This document shows positions 37,701 to 50,200 of a stretch of 64,000 bases of DNA, in pieces. Below the pieces are notes generated by a model. It did no database searches and had not been told where the DNA came from. It saw only the letters and a program-made list of their open reading frames with translations. The stretch's first letter is position 1; each line of letters begins with the position of its first letter. Origin of the DNA: Bugula neritina (lineage: Eukaryota > Animalia > Bryozoa); contig OZ037766.1 of NCBI GenBank assembly GCA_964035545.1, positions 21,564,767 through 21,628,766 of the forward strand, in the 5' to 3' direction. A program made the position numbers and the translations under genes.

Positions 37701-39912
37701 CTGAGTGCTTCATAGTGCTGCTCTCTCACTGCACGTTTTCCGTTTTTCTTTCACATTTTCTCTTGTTTCTAGAGACAATGAAAATACAAGTGGGGGCTGG
37801 GCTAACTACCTCACATCTACTTTCACTTCGTCTGCTTCTGCTTTGATCCCATTCAGTGGTTCTCTGAATGCCTGGAGAAACTTTGCCACTGCCAGGTTGC
37901 AGGAGGGAGGGTTGTCCACCACTGCTGGTATTGTCACCCTGAAGAATGTACCTTATATTTTAGTAGTAAATAGCAATGCGGAGTTACAGGTGTTCAAGCT
38001 GGACGTAGAAAATGGGGGAGAATGTGAACTGATATCTACTCAAAGGTTTGAGGTTTTGACTTTCTTTTAAGCTAAAATTTTTTATCAGAGTTCTTATACT
38101 TAATTTAGTACCCACTGGAAGTCTCCAGTTTTTAGCTACTTTTTACAATTTAACTGCTAATGAGCATAGGTTTTTGCCTAAATCTATTACAATATCTATA
38201 AACACACATAGATAATCAAGGTTATTTTTAATTTTGCTTGTTTTCCCATGGTTTTTTCTAGTTATTCAGCTACTTTCGATTGCGGACTGTTAGGGTTTTT
38301 CATAATTGTCCGCAATCCAAATTAGCTAAATAAATGGGAAAAAACATGGGAAATCAAGCAAAATTAAGAAGAACCTTGATTATTTAGGTGTACTTATTGA
38401 TACTTTACTAGTTTTTGGCAAAAACCCATGTTCATTAGCAGTTAAATTGTAAAAAATAGCTAAAAACTATAGATTTCCACTGTGTACTGAATTAAGTAAT
38501 ATAACCCATCATTATATTAGCACATTTTTGAAAAATCTAATCATTTTTGACAAGAGTTTTTGACATTGAATCTAATGCATGTTCAATGATTTAAAAAACA
38601 AATTCAAAACTACTTTAGATTTTTTGAAAAGTTACCAGCAAAAAAGGGTTTAACAAATTCTGGCATATCAAGCACTTCAGTTGGTTTTTTTAAAACTTCA
38701 TTTCTTCTTATAGCTTGCTTTTACATTACCATATTATTTTTCAATAGTTTGGCGTTTGAAGAGAAAGAGCCCTATAAGTCAGTGTCCAGCAGCAGTTCTA
38801 GTTCAGGTAAACAGGTGTGAGTGGGAGGAATGCTCATTACGTTAGATAGTGCTTGGGCTATCAATTCCTGGTGGCATGGGCTTCTCGTGATCTATATTTG
38901 TTGGCCGAGTTAATAACCAATTGTTCTGTTGCTAATCTCAATACTCTCTAACTATCTAGCTTAACCTAGTTGTGTGTTGTGCATGTTGAGTGTTGTGCAT
39001 GTTCGCGCATAGCCCCCTGTGTTTTAGAACACAACTATATAAGCTTTTCTTATGTACATCATGTTTGTAGTGTAACACATGAATGTTGTATTGTCTCACC
39101 CCAATAATATTAATCTTGTTGAAACTTTTGAATTGAATTTTGAAAAATTTATTTGCTAAATACATGGTATTTCAGAAAATGACTGATAAAATAACGCAAA
39201 CTATAACGAGATGATTAAATGGGTTTTTCTTATTTTAAAACTTTTCATAGTATCGTCCGACACCCTTGTAAGCCGTGAGTACACTATAAGTGATGCTAGT
39301 TACGCGTACAAACTGAAGCGAGATAGAGGGGAAGGTCCAGTCACTTCCCACCAAGAACTTAATGAGATTATTGATAACATACCAGCGCTGGGTGAGTCAC
39401 ACATGTAGTGCTGTGTTTGACCCTTTTTTCTCAAGCCTATGCACCTGGCTGTATACATTTCCACCATCATTTCAACAATATCCTGAAAAATGTTGTGGCT
39501 TGATAAGTCAGTGAAGAATACTTTAATATAAAAATATGTTTTCTTCTGGTTTCCATGGTGATGGGCTTCTCCTTGAAATTCTCCTTCGCATTCTGGCACA
39601 TACAAGCTTACTCTTGCATGAATATACCCTCTAATAAGGCTTTCAATTTTCTTTTCTTTACTGTTGTCTTGTCCACATCTTATGCTTTGTGAGAGGATTT
39701 TATTTTTATAAACTTCACATTATATTTTTGTTACAATATTTATTATAGGCGTTCAATGACTACTACTCAAGTCCTTCTATTGCTCAACTGATGCCAACTT
39801 AACTTTTATTCTTGAATTGTTTTTAGAAGAAGTGAAGCGTTTGGAGGTGAATCTGGATAATATAAAGTTGGACGACTCCAATGAGTTCCCTGCAATGAAT
39901 TCCCTCCAATGA
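31792..39912 (+). CDS. WIPI2: WD repeat domain phosphoinositide-interacting protein (WIPI1/2, ATG18 PROPPIN), 11 coding exons
   Basis: Exons 31792-31823 ([10 protein letters not shown]), 32696-32784 (LVIGSKSGY), 34041-34210 ([11 protein letters not shown]...ILAVKLNRQ), 35162-35356 (RLVVCL...HDIRDM...NPTGLCALS...LAYP), 36291-36383 (AH...IATASCK), 36758-36828 (GTVIRLF...EFRRG), 37269-37367 ([11 protein letters not shown]), 37773-38045 (RNFATARL), 38748-38806, 39251-39391, 39827-39912. All phases consistent. Confidence 0.93.
38097..38498. mobile_element. Palindromic (foldback) MITE with ~190-bp arms, TA-flanked, in WIPI intron 8
   Basis: ta-cttaatttagtacccactggaa...tttttacaatttaactgctaatga...ataatcaaggtt...ttgcggac / gtccgcaa...aaccttgattat...tcattagcagttaaattgtaaaaa...ttccactgtgtactgaattaag-ta. 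Confidence 0.88.
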
Positions 39913-39928
39913 GTTCCCTGCAATGAAT
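39876..39928 (+). repeat. Perfect 25-bp direct duplication spanning the WIPI stop codon
   Basis: ctccaatgagttccctgcaatgaat at 39876-39900 and 39904-39928, separated by tcc. Confidence 0.95.
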
Positions 39929-41221
39929 GCAGTATAGACAATGTCTGTCATGTTTATGTTGATGAACTCAAGTTGAAGAACATTGCACGCTCAGTATTAA
40001 AGCAAATGAAAATGGTGATTTTGAGCTACACAATGTTACGATCTCTGAGATCAATTATTTAAACTGATAAGTTCGATGCTATGGTTAAACAATTTTTGCA
40101 CAGTGCTAAAACTATTGCTACCAAGTGGCTAAATCATAATACTCAAGGTTTTCAATACTCTAGATTATTTATCTGAGGCGATACTGCATTAATACATTTA
40201 GCGCAGCATTATATAAATAATCTAAGTATTTATATTTATACGCAGCTTATCTAGGTCAATTTTAGAAAGGTGTTTAGGTTTTAGTAAGAGTTGTGAGTTC
40301 CTTAATACTAATCTCGAGTGAAATAAATCCCACAAAAATATTTTTTATATTTTATGTTTGTCTTTTCTTAGAGCACTGTAAAAGGAGTGCAAACAATCGA
40401 CTGTTGAATTCTGTTTTTATTAAATTCATCAGTTTATAACATTGTAGTTAGTAAATAGTTTTGTTTACTCACTTTCCACAGTCTCTTTAATACTAATTTT
40501 TCGATGTTTCTACTCTTTTACAGTGCTTCATTTTTATGTTTATTGTGCAAACTTACTAACTGTGCTTCGCTGTAACTTATATGTATTCTATTAAATTATT
40601 CATGTTGTCTAATTATATAAAAGCTGTTACACATATCAATGGTAACTCATAAAAAAATCATTTATTCTTTTTCGGCTATCAATAATTTATACGTTGAAAT
40701 GTAGAGTAGATATAATAGTAACGTGTAACATTTTTTATTGCTCTTTAGCTTTAGTAAACAGAAATTATTTTTGTATTTTATGTTTTTCTTGCAAACTAGT
40801 TACTGTCAAAATTGTCCTGTAGCTCTTATGTAATGGTAATATACCTGATGTTTGTTAGCAAAGTTAGGCAAACAGCATTACTGTAAGATGGATTTTTCCA
40901 TGAGCATTTCGATATACACCTTTTGCTGATTCATGTTAATTTTGTGCTACTGGGCTAAATATTTCTAAAATGTAAAATGTTAATCAAGAAAATTTAAACT
41001 GTTGGTTGATTTAAAATCAGCCACATAATAAAAGTATTACAAATTTGCAAGTGACTTACTTTCTGCTACAAACTAGAAGGCTCTAATAATGGAATAATGG
41101 AGTTATCGCTCCTATAAAAACTAGAACCGCTACTAAATAGTAATTGTAAGCTGTAGGCTGATAACCTATCACTGAAGTAGAATACCAATACTAAATCTTG
41201 ACATGTCAAGGTCTAACAGGC

Positions 41222-44200
41222 ATGGCGGAAAAAAGAAATTGTGGTGGATTATTTCTATTGACATTAAATAGTATTATTTTTGTCCTTTGTTCGCAATTTG
41301 CCCAGTGTAATGCTGCTAAATTAAATGAGCCTAAAATTCTATTGCCTTATTACAGCACATCTCCCAGCAGCTATCAAATTGAGATTCATGATGCTAAAGG
41401 CTGCTTTAAATGGTTAGTGAACCGGGTGTTGAAATTAAAAATTAATTTTATAATAAAAATGAAAGTCACACTAATGTACCTGTAAAGCTTAAAGTCACAC
41501 CCAGGCTTAGTTTGAATAACCTTTTCTGAGTATTGCATTCTTAGTTTCAAATTTAAGGCGAGAGTGAATCTGGCAGTCAAAGTGAAAGTCATTTCTAGCC
41601 ACATTCACGTTGATTTATAAATATATTTATTGAAATTAAATTATTTTATTTAATTTTTTTATTTATAATTATTGTCATACTCATATTAATAAATAACTAT
41701 AAATTATTCGATATTGAATTTGATATGGCATATGTAATTGTAAGCCGTAAGCCCATCTTAAGGAGTAGGACTGTGATTGTGAAATGGTTAAAGCCAAAGG
41801 TAAAGCATCTTCTGAATGCCCTAAAAGTAAAAGTAAAATAAAATTAAATAACATAAAGAATTACAATATGTGAAAAACTATTAGTACATAATGATAATGA
41901 TAATAATGAAACTATAGTTGAAATTTTTTCAAAACTTATTAAATTATATTTATTTCGATTATCTGCTATAAATTATAACTATTAAAAGCTATGTATATTT
42001 AGTTCTTTATTTAATTTTATATGTTTGCAATACTCTTATTTGAGATAGTTTTATTTTTTGTTGAAAACCAAGTGCAAGCTTCTGTAATATACAATATAAA
42101 GCATGTTTTTCCTTGCTATTCAACTCTAGGACATCTTCTCGTCCCGAAGTTGTCTCCATAAAATTGAACCAAGACGTGACGTGTTCCCACTCTGTGACAG
42201 TGACAGCAGTGCACAGGCAGCCGGATAGGGTGACTACGTTTCTCTTAGCTGAGAATGAGGAGACCGGTGAAGTTCTACGTTGTGATGTCATCGTTGACTC
42301 GATATCAGCCATCAGTATTGAGACAACCACCAGGGAGCTTTACTTGGAAGACTCTCCTGAAAAATTTCAGATGTCCGCCAGAGACAGTGAAGGTGTGGAT
42401 GCATTCTAAAGTAGCATATCGTATTTTTCTGCTATTAGCTGAGCAGAGATTGCATATGAGTTGTCTGTTTGCCAGAGGATGTGGACTCATCTCCTAGTTC
42501 AGTATGAAGTTTTAATATTAACTTTTCATAAACTGTTAACAGATACTAGTTTATGCAATGTAGTTAAAACTACTACCTTTTATTGCTATTGCGTTTAGGC
42601 AACACCTTCAGCACCCTAGAAGCCACCCCGTTTGAATGGAGACTTGTATCTGACAGTGAGTCAGACGAGTTTGCCCTGGTAACAGCAGATGACATCCTCA
42701 GGTGAGTCACTCTCCAGCAATAAGGATGTCTGCTGTCACCTGGTGGCAGGTTATATCATACTGTTGGGAAAATTCCTTATCAAGTTTGAAATGAAATCAG
42801 TTGATTGGTTTTTACCTTCATTGCTTCTTATTTAATTACAAAATTTTTGAAAGTTTTACTTGTTCATTTTTCAAGCTAATTTTAATTTTTCACATATTAC
42901 GAGGGTCAGTCAATAAGTAGTGGGAATTTTGTTATAACTTTTTATTAGAATAAGATAGAGCTTTACAACTTTTTTCACTTTTTAACATAGTCTCTTTCTT
43001 TCTCTATGCACTTGTTCCACCTTCCTACAAGGTTTTCAATTCCTGCAAAAAAGAATTCCGGCGGCTGGGTTCTGAACCAGTTGCGCACAGCTTCAATCAC
43101 CGATGCATCAGTAGTGAAGTGCTTGCCTCTCATGTGGCTCTTTAATGGTCCAAAAAGATGGAAATCACTTGGTGCCAAATCTGGACTATAAGGAGGGTGT
43201 ACTAACACCTCCCAACCCAGTTCATCAATTTTTCTGAGTCTTCTCATGCACTCTCTGGCAGCCATAAGACGCTGCGCTTTGTGCACATCAGTCAGCATCT
43301 TGGGTACCCAGCGTGTGCTGACTTTGTTGAAGGCTAGCTTCTCATGGACAATATTGTGGGCAGTTCCATGTGAAATGCCCATGGTCTCAGCAACATCATC
43401 AATAGTGAGTCTTCTATCAGATTTAACCAGCTTTTCCACTTTAGCTACTGTGTCAGGAGCTGAAACATCCACTGGCCTACCACTTCTTGGCTCATCAGTA
43501 ATGTCTTCTCGCCCATTCTTGAATTCATGAACTTACCTATAGCAGCTTGTTTGTGATATAGAGTTTTCCCCATATTGTTCTTTCATTCTACTATGTATAA
43601 GACTTGCTCTGACACCCTCAAGTGTCAAAAATCTTATAACAGCTCTTTGCTCTATGAGTGCGCATTTTTTCAGCTTGGCGGCCATTTTATATTTAAATAA
43701 TATAAAAAGTTGAATCACTTAAATGATCAAATTTTGGATATGTGATGGCAACTCCCATTTATGGAAGTCTTGAAAATCTTAAATTGCTAGGTAAAATAGA
43801 ACAACAGCTATGACAAAATTCCCACTACTTATTGACTGACCCTTGTACAAAATTCTTGAAGATTCTACTTGTTAATTAATGTTTTATTCAATTTTAAGTT
43901 TTTTCAATTTACATACTTATTATTGGGATAATATGTTCGGTCGATCTTGAACTCTGTGTCACCTGGAAGCTGCGATTCTTGATGCTGTCAAGTACGATTG
44001 TATTTGTGCTTGCAGGATCATTGCATTTGCTGACTCCAGCTATGACACGCCAGCCCACATTGAAGAGATGGAGCTGCAAGGTTTGAGAGGTGACACTATA
44101 CTAGTTGAGGGGATCAGGACTGGTGCTGCCAATGTAGCAGTTAGGCTGCAAGACCCGGCTTACAGAGTAGGCTTATTCTTTCCTTTTCTTCTGATATATG

Positions 44201-47200
44201 AAACATATCTGTCTCCACAACCATCAGAGTTGTCTGTTCATGGGATTCAGAGTGTTACGATATGACAATATTATTGAGTTTATTTACTTGCTTCAACAGT
44301 CCTATTTCCTGGTAATTTTATCCTACCTGAATCTTCAATTTTTTATTTGTACCCTTTCAAAACATTCATGTCTAACTCTTCTGTAATGGTATATTTATAT
44401 ATTAACTCCATTATGTTCTCATATGTATGTTTATTAATATGCATACATATGCAAACAATGGTGTTAGTAATTAGTATTTTCTACACCTTTATTAACTTTA
44501 TAGTAACCTTGTGTTTGTTATGGCTGTCACTACATTAAACCCTGACCAAACTATAGACTACCTATATGCTAACTAATATCTTCTATCTATGCTCTATATT
44601 TATACGATAATATCTACAATCTTCATGCATGTGGCTGTGTAATATCTAGAGTTTTATATATTTGTCTATGATACTTTTGATGTAATAATAGGCAGTAGCT
44701 GGAGACTCTGTTCGACTAATAGTCATAGCTAATGTGATGTTATCTCCTCTGGATGCATATATTTTGCTATTCACTGCACTGAGATACAGAGCCTATGTAA
44801 TCAAGCAGAATGTCCGTCATGGTAAGTTGATACATATTTCTACTGAGAAAGGTAGCTCATTGCGATGAGTTCTGTAAACTTGAGCAACTCTGGGAACTAT
44901 AACTGAATAGTGGCTTTAAGTGCTAACACATTAGACTCTGTAGGAAAACTGAGTCATATCTATGCTGTCTCTTGTTTATATTTGCTGTCAGTTGTCTATC
45001 ATATGAATTGCATACTGAAATACATGACGTCCATCTAGACTCTGCTATCATTTTTTTTCTTCCTCTGATGAATTATCATCCGCAATGCACTTTGATAATT
45101 TCATTATCATGTTGTTATTGTTCTGTGCAGAGATATCTCTACCATCTGCCCAGTATCAGCTAGAGGTGAAGGACACTGGAATATGCTCTCTAAACTCAAC
45201 GTACTCTGAGGTGTACGGAGAATCACTGGGCAGTACTCAAGTTGTTCTCAGAGATAAAAGTATGTGTTATGGATGTAATATGAATGAACATAGTAGTGTG
45301 GGTCTAGGACTAGTTCGCTGGCCGAGTTGTAACGACGGATATATGTGCTGTGTTATTTACCATCAATGAGAAAACAAGACTAAGTATAGCTGAAGTATAG
45401 CCAGTCTTGTGTTTAAGTGTAACTTGGAATGGTACAGAAATGTGTAGGTTTATTTAAGACAGAAGATTATAGATTACCTGTCATATCTACCTTTCAAAAC
45501 ACACATGCCTCCCAGCTGCCAAAAGTTTTGACGGAAACCAATTTTCCCGGTTTTGTAAGTTTGTAAACTTGCCAATAGCTTATTTGAATAGAAAATTAAC
45601 TATTGTTCTACCCCATGCATAACGTTTTGTGACTAAAATTATTTGTTTGCTAAAAGCTAGAAAAATATGATTCTTAAGATAGTTTATGTAAATTGAAACT
45701 TGAAAAATTTGAAATATAATTCTGTAAAAAACTTTCAAAATTTTATTTTAAAGGTACTAATTGCATATAATCATAAAAGGCAGCAGCTTTCAAGTTTATG
45801 GAGTCTTATTTTGTGTTGATAACTGATATGCCAATAGTTAGGTTTTAAAGTCCTGTTCCTCTTTTTATATTGAGGCTGAACAAAATGGAAATGACAGTGT
45901 TTAATAGTTATGTTGTTGTAGATAGATTAGGCCTTCGTAAAGTATATATCTACAGCTAAAGTTGGTAACGTAATTGTAAATATCCATACAGGAGAAGTTA
46001 AGTAAAATCTAATAAGAGAAAGTAATCTGTTATGTTTCTATTGCCCCAAAATGTAGTATACTGCCCTCAATCACAGGTATGTTTGCAGGTGGATATGGCT
46101 GTGTGATGCAGTTTCTAATGTGGTATTGTTAGGCGATGGTATTTATTCTGCACCTGATTGGATGATTTTGTAGACATGCCGGCCAAGCTGCTGGAAGCAA
46201 TTCACCAGCCCACCGCCTCTGTGCATGTTGTACTGCCAGGGTTCATAGCATTTACCATACAGCCTGGTGAAAACTGGGTACTAGAAGCTGGCCGAGTCTA
46301 CCAGATCACCGTAAACGTTCTGGACAAACAGAAACGTCGCATACATCTCTCAGAGGTAGAGTGTGTTCAGATTAGTAGTGTTTGTGTTGCTACATGCTGT
46401 ATTACAATGTATAGCTAAGCTCTGGGTTATCGTTGCAGAGTGTGAGACTTGCCACCAAGTTTATAGAAGTGTATTTTGATGTCCTCCAGTCCAGTATCAA
46501 CGGATCTCATCACGTGGTTAGAGCTAAGGTGGCTGGACATACAGACATTACATCTGCTCTAACGTCAGTTATTAAAAAGGTGTGTCCCTGTTGCTGGTTG
46601 CATGCAGTGGTACTGCAGTATTACCATATGTATATTGTATATATTTCTACATTATGTGTCGCCCGAGGTGTGCACAAGCCAGTGTAAAACTCAGCCGGTC
46701 TCAAGCCTGGATAAAGAGAGGGTTTGGCGCTAGGAAGAGCAAATCCCAAACTATTTCTATATTGTATAGATATTGTATATTTTTTATTTTTATATTATAT
46801 TATGCAATAGTCTTATGTTTGTATGCAATATGAGAAACTGTAATATACATACATAGTACAGAGTGTTTATGGCATATTTTGCCCAGTGTGTAAACGGAAT
46901 TTATACCAAATCGATCAAAATGTTTATCACTGATTTTATTTTCAGTGTGTTTAACAGTTCAGCCTTCATTATTCAGTGGAGGTTTCACTCTGTTTATTTT
47001 TAGAATTGTACTAGTACTGTCATGAAAAGACTCACGTGAGTTTATACTCACCATCCCTGCGAGAACTCCTGATGGAAAGGTTCTGCTTAGCAAGCGAAAG
47101 ACTTGTTTTCTATTGTAGTAGTATTATTGTAAGTTGAAAATATATTTGCTGCGTGCTTTAATCGTAGGATGGCTCTGAATACAAAATATCACCAGCAATA

Positions 47201-50200
47201 GAAGGCACTCAACAGTTGGATATATTTGACCCAATCAGCATCACTCCTCCACTGCTGGCATTTCCCTGGATAGCAGATTACGAAGTGTTTTACTCTGGCC
47301 AGTTTGCGGTACCGTACTTTATAATAATATTTTTGAAATGTGATTAAATTTCTCACATTGGGAATTGTACCCAGTACATGTAGTGTCTCTTGTTTGTTGT
47401 TATAACTATTTTTACATTGCTATTTTCTAATGTTTAATGAGATTTCTAGATTTCTTAAATTGTGTTTAGAACAGATTTTGCGTGTTCCCCAAAATGATAT
47501 AGTATAATTATTGTAACATTATTCGAGAGATAAGATGAATAATCGTGTAATAATTGCTATTATTTATATTGCAGCCATGTGAATGATATTGATACTCTAA
47601 CTTAGCTGAATAATGTAGTCAACCAATGCATCATCTAAATCCTGTTATATCTAGTAGGCATGCGATTTGCAAAATTTTAGTTTAACATATGCAGCATTGA
47701 ATATACTTAAATGCAATGTTGTGACTTAAAAGAAAATTCTAGAATTTCAATTGAAAGTCTGATTTGTCTGGTTTGTTTAGGCAAGTGGGGGCAGTGGTGA
47801 CTACGTGTGGTATCTTGCTGATAGCTCAATCGCAGAACTTGGGCTAAGGTCCGGCACTGTGGTACAAGTGAGCACCAAGAATGCAGTTGGTGTGAGTGAT
47901 GTGACCGCTTCGGATACCAAGAATACAGCCCATGCTGCAACTGGAAAGGTGAGAAACTCTTGTTAAACTGTTTTTGTTCTTCATTTTACCAAATATGCAA
48001 AAGAACTTTTCTAGGCACCCTGTAACACTGTTTCAGATATTTTATTACGATTTAACACCTTTTGAGTATTTTGGTAGAATATTTTTTTACCAGATATGCA
48101 TCAAAATTAATGTATGCTAAAAGTGTTTTTAGAGTGTTTTTGATAATTGTAGTTGAATCGTGCATGCATATAGATAGATTTTTTTGCATTTAGATTATAA
48201 ACATTTTGTGACTTTAGATGAATTTGGTCTACTTATAGATAAATAATGCATGTTTGTTTGTTTGTTTGTATTTATTTTGTCGCAGTCGGAAAAAAAATTA
48301 ATTGAGAAAAAATAAACAAAATGACAGGGCCTATGGCGCAATAGCACTGTAGCTAGTCGAGGCACCGTAGGTAGATATTGTTAAGATAGAGGCCAAGGCT
48401 GTGTACATCTTGTATGGTGATATATAGCTGCTCTGTTTTATACTCTCATGCATGTGAATATTATATTATAGTATAGTATATTAAATTATAGTGTAGTATA
48501 GTATAGTATATTATAGTATAATATAGTATAGTATAGTATAGCCTAGCATTCTTTTCTCATTTAGGTATATGTTGTTCCACCAGAAGGTATGGTATTCAAT
48601 GCCCATCAGGTTGAAGTGGAGGTTGGCTCAGATTTGCTACTTCCTCTCGCTATTTTTGGCTCTTTCAATTCAGGTAAGTTAGCTACCTTTTTAATATCAT
48701 TCACTAGCTTGTATGTAGATGCTACCCCTTCATTATATCTAATACTTGGTGTCCGTGTGTTCTTACTATATACCTGTACTGTAGTATTACTATATACCTG
48801 TACTGTAGTATCACTATATACCTGTACTGTAATATTACTATATACCTGTACTGTAGTATCACTATATACCTGTACTGTAGTATCACTATATGCATGTACT
48901 GTACTTGCTGTTCAACTTTGCTGCATGCTTCTTTGCCAAAAATTTCATCCAATATGTTTATAATATTGTGTAATGATGTTGACTAAATGATTTGATAAAC
49001 TGAATTCTAATTTAAATTTGATTGTAGAGCTTTACCTGGTTGATTAAAGTTTCTGAATATTAATAATTATGTTGAGATATTGTAATTAACACTGGTTATT
49101 ACTTTGCTGTAAGGAGTCATTCCCAAGTTGTCTTTTCTTTTCTACTACTACCATGATTGTTTTCTTCTCTTTGACAGAAAGGATAATCTTCACTGACTGT
49201 AGACAGCTACCACTCACTGTAACCCCGCAAACTGATGTGTTTGCCCATGTTGAGGGGCCTGTTGACACGCCCCTACCTGAAGGCTCTTGTACTGTCATCA
49301 GACTGCAGGCTAGAAGGTCTGGACACACTGTCATTACTGCTACATACTCGGCGGATGGCATCAGCTTGAAGACCTCGATCACCGTAGCTGCCTTTGATCC
49401 GTTGTTGGTGAGTAAAGTGTTGCACACACGGCATACGCACATGTCATTAGATTGCCAAACCCCTTGTTGTAACAACTTCTTTCTTCTCCAGGCTGTTGAC
49501 CCAGAAGTGAGTTCAGTATTAGCCTTAGGATCATCACGTGTTCTGACATTCACTGGCGGGCCACAGCCATGGGTTCTCGACCCTTCAGAGTACTTTGAGA
49601 TTGGTGAGTTTAATGAAGACTTTGTGTACTTGTTGCTATGCCAACGGCTGCATTGGTTAAAGCTACTAACCCGGCACTCACTTCCTCTGCAGGTGCGGTA
49701 TCTGATGACAGCGTCGTCAGGATCAACAAGGTCAAGGGTAGCTCAGTTATACACAGACTCTCAGCTTCCTGCTCTGATCTCGGAGAACAGGAAGTCTCTC
49801 TGACTGTCGGCAACCAACCAACCAAGACCAATGGCTACCCCGCTACTCGCAGCGCTTCAATTAGGTACGCTTGTGTGATATCCTTTGTAGTCTTGAGGGT
49901 TTGTGTAGTCTTTGAAAGGATTGTTGTATTTGAGGCTGAAAAACTAAAACAAAGCAATTTTTATGGTCATTTATAGATGAGTTGAATTTTCAAAAGATGA
50001 AAATGTATTGCTTCAAGTTCTTGAAGAAGGGAGTTCTTGCTGCTCGGGATAAACTGATTAAGCATCAGCATGTATTTCATAGTTCTGCATTTGGCTAACT
50101 TATAGGTGGTTTTTTGGCCTAATGATGCATAAAAATGTACTTTATATTTATAGTTTTACGTAACTTGTCTCTAAAAAAAGGCAGCTTCAAAAAAATTATT

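Noticed and set aside
48589-48963. ORFs with YTCTVVSL / QYRYIVIL repeats
   Set aside because: Read-through from a NUP210 exon into a 24-bp intronic minisatellite, plus its antisense translation.
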